Below, piece by piece: positions 36,584-43,260 of a DNA stretch of 43,654 bases. The stretch's first letter is position 1. Each line of letters opens with the position of its first letter. This stretch comes from a virus. The stretch covers positions 1-43,654 of IMG/VR virus record IMGVR_UViG_3300035670_000436. One strand, given 5' to 3'. The translations under genes and the position numbers were made by a program. The notes under the pieces were generated by a model. It ran no database searches and was not told the DNA's origin. It was given only the letters and a program-made list of their open reading frames with translations.

Positions 36584-36796
36584 ATGTGGATTGTTGTAGA
36601 ATCGGTACCGTTCGATTATGATGACTACGGAGTTCTTCGTTCGTATGGTCCGTACGAGTCGGAAGCGGGTGCGACGGAAGCCTGCGAGAAGTTGCGCAGG
36701 GTGTGTGCGGAGGACCTGGAGAAACTGCTCACGGTCGATCCAAGGTTTCCTTGGACTGAGTACAACTATGAGGTTGTCGAGTTGGTGATGTTCTAG
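36584..36796 (+). CDS. hypothetical protein, 70 aa
   Basis: Preceded by the SD-in-hairpin motif AAAAACC-GGA-GGTTTTT. Confidence 0.5.
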   Translation: MWIVVESVPFDYDDYGVLRSYGPYESEAGATEACEKLRRVCAEDLEKLLTVDPRFPWTEYNYEVVELVMF

Positions 36797-36824
36797 TACC
36801 AAAGGTACTACCAAAGCACGACCC

Positions 36825-36874
36825 GGGACTAATGGCGCGATGTTTGCAGGAGGGTTCGAATCCCTCAAGTCCCA
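36825..36874 (+). ncRNA. tRNA-like minihelix E1 (acceptor plus T arm only, no D or anticodon arms)
   Basis: GGGACT/AGTCCC acceptor. T arm GAGGG-TTCGAAT-CCCTC. Discriminator A. 18-nt linker. Confidence 0.5.
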
Positions 36875-37018
36875 TTGTCCACCACGAAGATTCCCCTCCT
36901 ATACGGAGTACTGGCAGGGGTAGGTGGTAAAAAGGATTCCTTTGGAATCTGTAATCGGTTCGGTTTTGGTACGAGAGTCTCCGACTTGTGCTATCCGGAT
37001 CGGGTGGACAATCCCTTC

Positions 37019-37096
37019 GGGGCCGAATGGCACGACTCTGGCGTAAGACCGCATGCGGAGCGCTAGAGTACCAGGGTTCGATTCCCTGCGGCTCCA
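37019..37096 (+). ncRNA. tmRNA-TLD-like / tRNA-Ala-like element E2 (G3:U70, no anticodon loop)
   Basis: GGGGCCG/CGGCTCC acceptor with G3:U70. Discriminator A. T arm CAGGG-TTCGATT-CCCTG. 9-bp helix 37035-37043/37061-37069 with a 17-nt cap. Confidence 0.55.
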
Positions 37097-37124
37097 TCCT
37101 ATTACCAAAACCTGGAGGTTTTGT

Positions 37125-37313
37125 ATGACAAATGAAAAGATTCATACAATCGAGTTTCGTGGTACTGTCCGTGTTCGGGAAAGCGATATGATTGCTTGTA
37201 TCAACATGATCGAAGAAATCTTCGATATGTTTGGTGCTGTTCCTGAAGATATGCACAAGTCTCGTCCTGGAACTTTCAGTATCATGACTCATCATGATAC
37301 TAACTGTGAGTAA
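37125..37313 (+). CDS. hypothetical protein, 62 aa
   Basis: Preceded by TACCAAAACCTGGAGGTTTTG. The ORF-track start at 37053 lies inside the tRNA-like element. Confidence 0.5.
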   Translation: MTNEKIHTIEFRGTVRVRESDMIACINMIEEIFDMFGAVPEDMHKSRPGTFSIMTHHDTNCE

Positions 37314-37337
37314 ATACCAAAACCTGGAGGTTTTGAC

Positions 37338-37580
37338 ATGACGGAGTACACCCTTGAGGATCAGATCGCTACGCTGCGTAAGCAGTCGGAGCGGGCGCTC
37401 GACATGCTGAACGAGATCATGGTCGCGTACATGGACCGCTGCACGGACTTGCACATCCGCCCGGACTGGGACATGTTCTGGAGCATGACGAAGGTCGCGG
37501 ACATCCTGATGGGCTTGGCTGAGGGCGAAACCGAACAGCAGTTGACCGTGCTGGTCGAGACGCTGCGCCGCGAGAACTAG
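37338..37580 (+). CDS. hypothetical protein, 80 aa, GC-rich
   Basis: Preceded by an identical TACCAAAACCTGGAGGTTTTG. Confidence 0.55.
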   Translation: MTEYTLEDQIATLRKQSERALDMLNEIMVAYMDRCTDLHIRPDWDMFWSMTKVADILMGLAEGETEQQLTVLVETLRREN

Positions 37581-37584
37581 ATAT

Positions 37585-37630
37585 CCTCTAAATAGATCTC
37601 TAAACGAAGTGAAGAGATCTATTATAGAGG
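37585..37630 (+). promoter_or_regulatory. long imperfect hairpin, copy 1 (AGATCT-containing arms)
   Basis: CCTCTAAATAGATCTCT, 11 nt, AGAGATCTATTATAGAGG. Confidence 0.6.
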
Positions 37631-37647
37631 AATCTCAGAAGGAGAAA

Positions 37648-37896
37648 ATGGTGGAACTGTTTGACATTAGCAAGGTCAGTCCTAGCAAATTGAAGAACAT
37701 CATCAAGATTGTGACGGATTGCAATGCGTTGTCGTTGACCGCTTATGGTCATTACCTTACCCCGGAGGGTAAGGAAGTGTTGCTGGATATGGTATCGTTT
37801 ATGTTCAGCAATGCTGATCCTGAGTGGAAGCATCCGATCACGGAAGTGCGTCGCCGTTCGTTCGATGCTATGCTCTGCACGATCCTCTACCCGTAA
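37648..37896 (+). CDS. hypothetical protein, 82 aa
   Basis: AAGGAG RBS before ATG 37648. Confidence 0.5.
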   Translation: MVELFDISKVSPSKLKNIIKIVTDCNALSLTAYGHYLTPEGKEVLLDMVSFMFSNADPEWKHPITEVRRRSFDAMLCTILYP

Positions 37897-37915
37897 ATCC
37901 TGAAAGGATTCTGAC

Positions 37916-38092
37916 ATGATCTACAACGTCGAGTTTGCAGACCTGCGCATGGTGTACCTGGACTATCAGAGCGTGGAGGGTTACGAATATCGTAACCTTT
38001 CGTATGCTGATATGGTCGAACTGGTCGAGTATGTGGAAGCAATGGGGTATGACTTCCATGATGTTGCTTATGTGTGGGAGGTTGCTGCGTAG
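37916..38092 (+). CDS. hypothetical acidic protein, 58 aa
   Basis: GAAAGGA upstream. Sequence MIYNVEFADLRMVYLDYQSVEGYEYRNLSYADMVELVEYVEAMGYDFHDVAYVWEVAA. Below the ORF-track cutoff. Confidence 0.45.
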   Translation: MIYNVEFADLRMVYLDYQSVEGYEYRNLSYADMVELVEYVEAMGYDFHDVAYVWEVAA

Positions 38093-38197
38093 CATGCTCT
38101 GAGACGCACATAAACGCCTCTCTGAGGCTCTTGCACCCCTGTACTTATGGTACCCTACTGGGTACCCCTACCAAACCGTTAGAAAGGCTAAAATAAA

Positions 38198-38467
38198 ATG
38201 TCTCAGTTTACTAACATTTACATGTACATTGACGTTGATGGTAACGTCGTCAGTCATGACGACCCGTATGCCTACATTATGGCAGGCTTTGGTATCGGCT
38301 GCCGCATCGTGGACATCTACATGCGCTATCCGACGTTTGAGGCGCCCATCGATAGCGAGTGGCAGTCTTTCGAGTGTGTTACGCTTTCGCATGACATTTG
38401 TTGCGTCGAGGACGTACTAGAAGCCGTTGCTACGGCTATCGGTGTTGACGACAAGGATCTGGTATAA
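38198..38467 (+). CDS. hypothetical protein, 89 aa
   Basis: The only long ORF in the interval. No family recognised. Confidence 0.5.
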   Translation: MSQFTNIYMYIDVDGNVVSHDDPYAYIMAGFGIGCRIVDIYMRYPTFEAPIDSEWQSFECVTLSHDICCVEDVLEAVATAIGVDDKDLV

Positions 38468-38487
38468 GAACTACTTATCTCTATACT

Positions 38488-38532
38488 CTCTAAATAGATC
38501 TCTGAACTTTAGTGAAGAGATCTATTATAGAG
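38488..38532 (+). promoter_or_regulatory. long imperfect hairpin, copy 2
   Basis: CTCTAAATAGATCTCT, 12 nt, AGAGATCTATTATAGAG. Confidence 0.6.
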
Positions 38533-38563
38533 AGATAGAGAGAAGTAAGGAAAGGAAAACAGC

Positions 38564-39472
38564 ATGGCAATGTCTCCCGAAATGAAAAACGATCTGTACA
38601 AGACTGTTACTACTGGTCTCATCGAGCAGATGGAGCAGGGCGTAGCGATCTGGCAGAAGCCTTGGGTTACTAGCAAGGCTCATCAGCCCCGCAACGGTCA
38701 TCATGATCGTGCATACAACGGTTTTAACCGTATCTACCTTGGTATGTTGCAGGACCAACTTGGTAGCAATGATCCTCGCTGGTACACCTTTGAGAATATC
38801 AAGGACTTGCAGCGCAAGGATGAGAAGATCAAGTTGCGCAAGGGTAGCAAGTCTACCATTGTGGTATACAATGGTCCTAGCACGTACACGGTTGAGAATG
38901 ATGAGGGTGAGCAGGAGGAGCGCACTTCGTGGCGACTCATCTACTATCGTGTCTATCATGCTAGCATGATCGAGAACCTGGCAGAGTATCAAGTTGACCT
39001 TGAGCATGAGCGTGTCGATGATATCGACATCGAGCATCCTGGTATCGAGTCTATGCGTGACTGGTGCGACCAACTTGCAGGCTTCTCGCATGGTGGTACC
39101 AAGGCATGCTACATTCCTTCGGAGGATGCTATCCGTCTACCAGAGGTTGATACTTTCCATAAGACTTCGTGGTATGCTCAGACTCTGGCGCATGAGATCA
39201 TTCATGCTACTGGTCATGAGTCTCGCATCAATCGGCTGGAGCGCACCGGCTTTGGTACTAGCACGTATGCCAAGGAGGAACTCATTGCTGAGTTTGGTGC
39301 TGCGATGATGCTTGGTAGTTATGGTATTCCGGTGGACATGGAACAGTCCGCTGCTTACCTGAAGTCGTGGGCTGAGCGGTGTAAGGATGAGCCTAGCCTG
39401 CTTGTGAGTGCGGCTAATGCGGCAGAATATGCTGCGGATTATGTAATGCAGGACGAGTACGCTGTAGCGTAG
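38564..39472 (+). CDS. ardC: ArdC-like protein (N-terminal ssDNA-binding domain plus C-terminal zincin metalloprotease)
   Basis: IWQKPW...PRNGHHDRAYNGFNRIYL...DPRWYTFENIKDLQRKDEKIKLRKGSKST and HEIIHATGH (HExxH). Confidence 0.65.
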   Translation: MAMSPEMKNDLYKTVTTGLIEQMEQGVAIWQKPWVTSKAHQPRNGHHDRAYNGFNRIYLGMLQDQLGSNDPRWYTFENIKDLQRKDEKIKLRKGSKSTIVVYNGPSTYTVENDEGEQEERTSWRLIYYRVYHASMIENLAEYQVDLEHERVDDIDIEHPGIESMRDWCDQLAGFSHGGTKACYIPSEDAIRLPEVDTFHKTSWYAQTLAHEIIHATGHESRINRLERTGFGTSTYAKEELIAEFGAAMMLGSYGIPVDMEQSAAYLKSWAERCKDEPSLLVSAANAAEYAADYVMQDEYAVA

Positions 39473-39485
39473 AAAGGTACATGAC

Positions 39486-39674
39486 ATGTACGATGACGAT
39501 GACTGGTCCGACTGGTATGAGGATGGTCCTGACCTGGACTGGGACTGGGAGGATTCGGACAACCCGTCTGATGAAAGCCTTGGTGAGTCTGATTTGGTAT
39601 CAGACTTGGGTGAAAAGGTGGATCATATGATGACTGATCCTGGATACTACGACCGGATTGTGGGGTGGTTCTAA
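39486..39674 (+). CDS. highly acidic Asp/Trp-rich small protein, 62 aa
   Basis: MYDDDDWSDWYEDGPDLDWDWEDSDNPSDE... Confidence 0.5.
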   Translation: MYDDDDWSDWYEDGPDLDWDWEDSDNPSDESLGESDLVSDLGEKVDHMMTDPGYYDRIVGWF

Positions 39675-39871
39675 TGGAGGAGCCTATGGACTGGTATGAC
39701 GAGTTGGATATCAACTTTCTTCGGCCTGCTGATACTAATGATTGGTATGATTTGCCAGATGATTGCTATGAGTATGGCGAGGGCCTGCGCGACTATTGGC
39801 TTGATGAGCAAGCCGATGCGTACCATGACTACATGTTCGACGACCTGAATGAGGAGTATGACAATGAGTGA
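39674..39871 (+). CDS. highly acidic small protein, 65 aa
   Basis: TAATG overlap with the upstream gene. Sequence MEEPMDWYDELD...DDLNEEYDNE. Confidence 0.5.
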   Translation: MEEPMDWYDELDINFLRPADTNDWYDLPDDCYEYGEGLRDYWLDEQADAYHDYMFDDLNEEYDNE

Positions 39872-40289
39872 CAGTCTTGCTATGAGCATTACTATCAACG
39901 AGTACAACAGCCTATCTGCGGCTACGGAGGATGCTAGTATTCTCCTGCCTATCGTCAACGACTTTTTTACTCGTTGCATCGAGAATGGTGAGACGCAGAA
40001 GATTGTAGACTCTGTGGATGCTAGTGTTTGTGATACTGGTATCGATTTTCATGAGACTCTTAGCGCTCTTGAGCGTATGGGTCTGCCTATGGACCCTACC
40101 TGGTTTGATCGTGACTACAATGTCACGTTCGTCGTGCCTGTCACGGTTACCGTCATGGTAGAGGCGGCTACTGCTAGGCAGGCAGAGGAAGGGGCTATTA
40201 GCGAACTTGATGCTAATGGTGTAGAAGCCTACATGATGGATTATAGTGTTCATTATGATGCTGAAATCACCGAAGTCACGGAGGTGTGA
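39864..40289 (+). CDS. hypothetical protein, 141 aa
   Basis: GAGGAG lies 6 nt upstream of ATG 39864. Confidence 0.5.
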   Translation: MSDSLAMSITINEYNSLSAATEDASILLPIVNDFFTRCIENGETQKIVDSVDASVCDTGIDFHETLSALERMGLPMDPTWFDRDYNVTFVVPVTVTVMVEAATARQAEEGAISELDANGVEAYMMDYSVHYDAEITEVTEV

Positions 40290-40290
40290 C

Positions 40291-40845
40291 ATGACCACTA
40301 TTGCTAACAAGTATTTTCATACACTGTCCGCTTATGGTATCGAGCAGGCTATCGAAGAGGGTACGACTTGGTATCCTAATGCGTACAAGTTTTGTAAGTT
40401 TGCTGCTAAGCATCATGATGTGACGCCTCAGCGTGTTGCTGCGATGCTTGCGGTTACTAGCCCTCGCGCTCGATGGAAGTCTAATACGCTGGCTGTAGCC
40501 ATGCTGCTAGAAGATATGCATAAGCCTGCATACAAGCATGCTAAGTCGTATGGTATTCTTGGTGCTAATGCTGCCAAGGGTATGCTCGTCGCTAATGATA
40601 GGTACTACAGTCGTCATGTTACAGGACCAAAGGTCAGCACATTCTACCTTAATATTCTTGGTTGGCAGGAGCCTGTTACTGTAGACTCGATCATGAGTAA
40701 GGCTGCTGGTTATGGTAGTGATGTGAACAATCGTATTCGTACTGAGGTTACGGATGCTGTGAATACGCTTAGTCAGGTCATCGGCCTGTCTCCGCGCGAC
40801 ACTCAGGCTGCGGTCTGGATCGCGTATCGTGGTACTCCCGCATAA
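40291..40845 (+). CDS. hypothetical protein, 184 aa
   Basis: GGAGGTG RBS. No family recognised. Confidence 0.55.
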   Translation: MTTIANKYFHTLSAYGIEQAIEEGTTWYPNAYKFCKFAAKHHDVTPQRVAAMLAVTSPRARWKSNTLAVAMLLEDMHKPAYKHAKSYGILGANAAKGMLVANDRYYSRHVTGPKVSTFYLNILGWQEPVTVDSIMSKAAGYGSDVNNRIRTEVTDAVNTLSQVIGLSPRDTQAAVWIAYRGTPA

Positions 40846-40907
40846 TACCAGGGAGTATGTGCATAGTCTACACAATATTCTAGGCAACTTGTAATAAGGA
40901 ATAAAGT

Positions 40908-41099
40908 ATGCTACCCTATCGTTATAAAAATATACCTATAGGAGATACTATGCATAATAATGAACCTATGAGTTACGAAGAATATCTAGAGTGGGATAGA
41001 GAGTATAGTGATTACGAATACTATATCTCTCTTAGAGATAAGTATAGGAATAAGGTTGATACTAGTGATGATGATGTTAAATGGGAGCCAGGATTCTAA
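40908..41099 (+). CDS. hypothetical protein, 63 aa, AT-rich
   Basis: ORF after a 62-nt gap. Confidence 0.4.
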   Translation: MLPYRYKNIPIGDTMHNNEPMSYEEYLEWDREYSDYEYYISLRDKYRNKVDTSDDDVKWEPGF

Positions 41100-41338
41100 T
41101 GCGTATTACAGAACAAGATTGCTTGTATATGTCTTTTGTGCAACTACTCCATGCTATGGAGTATTTGGAGATTGCTAATACGTATGCGACTAGAGCATTG
41201 AATCGCATTGATGCTCCGCATCCTTATCCGGATTCCGTAGCAGCACAGGCTATGGATTATCAGGATGCTATCGATGCTGCGCGTCGAGAGATTGGTAATC
41301 GGCTCAACACTTGGAATAGTGGTAACTATGAAGAGTAA
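41099..41338 (+). CDS. hypothetical protein, 79 aa
   Basis: TAATG overlap with the upstream gene. Confidence 0.45.
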   Translation: MRITEQDCLYMSFVQLLHAMEYLEIANTYATRALNRIDAPHPYPDSVAAQAMDYQDAIDAARREIGNRLNTWNSGNYEE

Positions 41339-41603
41339 AAAGAAGAAGCAACGTAAGGAGCATGAGGTAGTTGTTACTTATAAGCGAAAGCGGGGTCGTC
41401 CTTCTGGAATCAATCCTGTGGTGGCTTGGCATATTGAGTTGGATAACGAGTTTGTTGGAACGAGCCCTACTCTCAATGGGGTAAGCCATATGCTGTATGA
41501 TATGGGGTATAAGACTTGGGCGTTTCGTAGGTTTCCTGATAAGAAGAATCGTCCCCGATACAAGGCTACTGTTTTGTGGTTTGATAAGGAGAAGGAATCG
41601 TAA
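41328..41603 (+). CDS. hypothetical basic protein, 91 aa (KRKRGRPSG AT-hook-like)
   Basis: ATG 41328 overlaps the upstream gene end. Confidence 0.45.
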   Translation: MKSKKKKQRKEHEVVVTYKRKRGRPSGINPVVAWHIELDNEFVGTSPTLNGVSHMLYDMGYKTWAFRRFPDKKNRPRYKATVLWFDKEKES

Positions 41604-41737
41604 TGGCTGTTGCTGGTAGTATGAAGAAGAATAAGTTGGAGGCTGCTATGCAGCGACGCTTGGAGCGTGGTAAGAAGAAGGCAGAAGCCAAGGCTCTGCG
41701 TCAGGCTCGCAAGATGAAGGAGAAGCAGCGTGTATAA
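41603..41737 (+). CDS. 44-aa Lys/Arg-rich helical micro-protein
   Basis: TAATG overlap with the upstream gene. Below the ORF-track cutoff. Confidence 0.35.
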   Translation: MAVAGSMKKNKLEAAMQRRLERGKKKAEAKALRQARKMKEKQRV

Positions 41738-41906
41738 GTTTGCTACCAAGTCTGAGGATGATTACTTCACCGCTGCCGTATTCTACAACGGGCAGAAACT
41801 AGTAGAACTTAGCATCGACAAAGAAGAGGATCAGTTTGCCATGTTCGTCTATGATGGTAATGATAACCAAGAGGGAGCATGGTACGATTATGAAGAGTCT
41901 GATTAG
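41730..41906 (+). CDS. 58-aa acidic micro-protein
   Basis: GTG start overlapping the upstream stop. Fills an otherwise unassigned 150 nt. Confidence 0.35.
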   Translation: MYKFATKSEDDYFTAAVFYNGQKLVELSIDKEEDQFAMFVYDGNDNQEGAWYDYEESD

Positions 41907-42744
41907 TAACATCAAGCAGGACACTAATGCTGCTCGCAACGATCTTCTACTGCACTTCTCTACACACTTGCAGCATGACCGGCACACAGCGATCTATCAT
42001 AAGCAAGGTTATCCTACCGATACTTGGGATCGTCCCTGGATGAACACACTCCCCCTGCTACAAGGCACAGCCATCCACAATCATCTGCATAGTATCCTAC
42101 CGGATTACTATCAGTCGTATGAGGCTGAACAGCCTGTTAATGCTAGTCGTGAGAACTTTAAGTACTTCTGGACCGGCACAGTCGATGCGTACATCATCGA
42201 TCATGATGACACACTATGGCTAATCGACTACAAGACTATTAGTGGCTCGTCGTTTGAGTATCTTGATGGTCCTAAGCCTGAGCATGTCATGCAGGCTAGT
42301 GCTTACTATCATTTCAACACTATCACTCCTGACAAGATGGCTATCGTATACTTGCCTACTAGCGCGGATTATCGTCGGCGATGGCCTGAGCCTGAGGTCA
42401 TGGAGTTTGAGCCTATCAGCCTCGATGATATGCGGGCTAGGATCATCCAGGTCGAGCATGCCATTGATGTGTATTATGGGCTACACAAACTGCCAGACTA
42501 CCCGCAAGGAGAGTACAAGTGGCGTGAAAATAAGAAACTAAAGTGTTGGGACTTGTGGTACTACCCACACTACTCAACTATGTTTTGTCCCTGGAAGGGA
42601 CAGGAGGATGATCCCTGTGGATGCAGTAACGATAAGCGTCTTTGCGTTGGTTCTTGGTATCTGTCTGGTCATATTGATGGCGACGAGAAAATGGTTATGA
42701 ATCATCTCAAGCATTGCCCAGGTTACACCAAGGACGAAGCATGA
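41890..42744 (+). CDS. PD-(D/E)XK exonuclease, Cas4/RecB-like, with C-terminal Cys cluster
   Basis: GTAIHNHL...VDAYIIDHDDTLWLIDYKT...QASAYYHF and CPWKGQEDDPCGCSNDKRLC. Confidence 0.65.
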   Translation: MKSLISNIKQDTNAARNDLLLHFSTHLQHDRHTAIYHKQGYPTDTWDRPWMNTLPLLQGTAIHNHLHSILPDYYQSYEAEQPVNASRENFKYFWTGTVDAYIIDHDDTLWLIDYKTISGSSFEYLDGPKPEHVMQASAYYHFNTITPDKMAIVYLPTSADYRRRWPEPEVMEFEPISLDDMRARIIQVEHAIDVYYGLHKLPDYPQGEYKWRENKKLKCWDLWYYPHYSTMFCPWKGQEDDPCGCSNDKRLCVGSWYLSGHIDGDEKMVMNHLKHCPGYTKDEA

Positions 42745-42824
42745 TTACTGGTATTATTATCGTACTAGTAATTGCTATCCCTTGGTTTCTTGGTATTACT
42801 CTAGCGATTGGAATGGATGACTAA
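42741..42824 (+). CDS. 27-aa hydrophobic single-TM peptide
   Basis: ATGA overlap upstream and TAATG overlap downstream. Sequence MITGIIIVLVIAIPWFLGITLAIGMDD. Confidence 0.4.
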   Translation: MITGIIIVLVIAIPWFLGITLAIGMDD

Positions 42825-43252
42825 TGCAAACTTTTGTACCCGAACCTGACATGGAACATAGTGTTCGTGTCCTTGACCGTCAGCGGCTTGGTAAGCAGCG
42901 TGTCGAGACTCTACAGATTATGAAGGCTCTTGCTGGTCTTAGCAAGGGTTGGACTAATCATCCTGCTACTCGTATGTGGCGTGGTTATGAGCATGCTCTG
43001 CTTGTATACCAGGCGCATACTGTTGCAGAGTGGAAGCGTCGAGGCTACAAGGATACTTGTTGGGAAAAAACCCTCGATGTGTACGATCAGCACTTCCGTC
43101 AGCATGAAGGTGTAAGTATGCCACATTGGTGGCGAGACAATCGTGTCCATGATTCACACAAGTCGGCCCTTGTATTCAAGGCCCCCGACTGGTATAGTGT
43201 AATCTACCCAGAAGTTGTTGGCGAATATAACTATTACTGGCCTGTAGACTAG
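42824..43252 (+). CDS. pyrimidine-dimer DNA glycosylase-like protein (endonuclease V / Pyr_excise-like)
   Basis: VLDRQRLGKQRVETLQI...KGWTNHPATRMWRGYEHALLVYQ...EWKRRGYKD pattern. Confidence 0.5.
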   Translation: MQTFVPEPDMEHSVRVLDRQRLGKQRVETLQIMKALAGLSKGWTNHPATRMWRGYEHALLVYQAHTVAEWKRRGYKDTCWEKTLDVYDQHFRQHEGVSMPHWWRDNRVHDSHKSALVFKAPDWYSVIYPEVVGEYNYYWPVD

Positions 43253-43260
43253 GAGAATAA

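Noticed and set aside
36875-37018. tmRNA tag reading frame in the spacer or in E2 (for example ...NGTTLA* ending at the GCG TAA in 37041-37046)
   Set aside because: There is no Ala-rich ...AA-terminated frame, no resume-codon context and no pseudoknots. The GCG-TAA lies at the top of the 9-bp helix. Noted only as a speculative minimal tag.
36825-37096. Phage attP core carrying the 3' end of a host tRNA or tmRNA
   Set aside because: Both elements also carry matching 5' acceptor strands, and no integrase or excisionase was found anywhere in the genome. This cannot be fully excluded without host sequence.
36539-37454. ORFs overlapping the tRNA-like locus (36539-36868 minus, 36729-37454 minus, 36875-37066 plus, 36899-37108 minus, and the 37053 start of the 37053-37313 ORF)
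   Set aside because: They read through T-arm sequences; the ..RDSNP.. and ..RESNP.. peptides are the usual antisense translation of GGTTCGAAT. They have no RBS. The RNA structure explains the conservation better.
38093-38197. Second sigma-70-type promoter at CTTGCACC (~38128)
   Set aside because: The spacing to any TAnnnT hexamer is only 9-14 nt. I kept only the 36517-36545 candidate, and that at low confidence.
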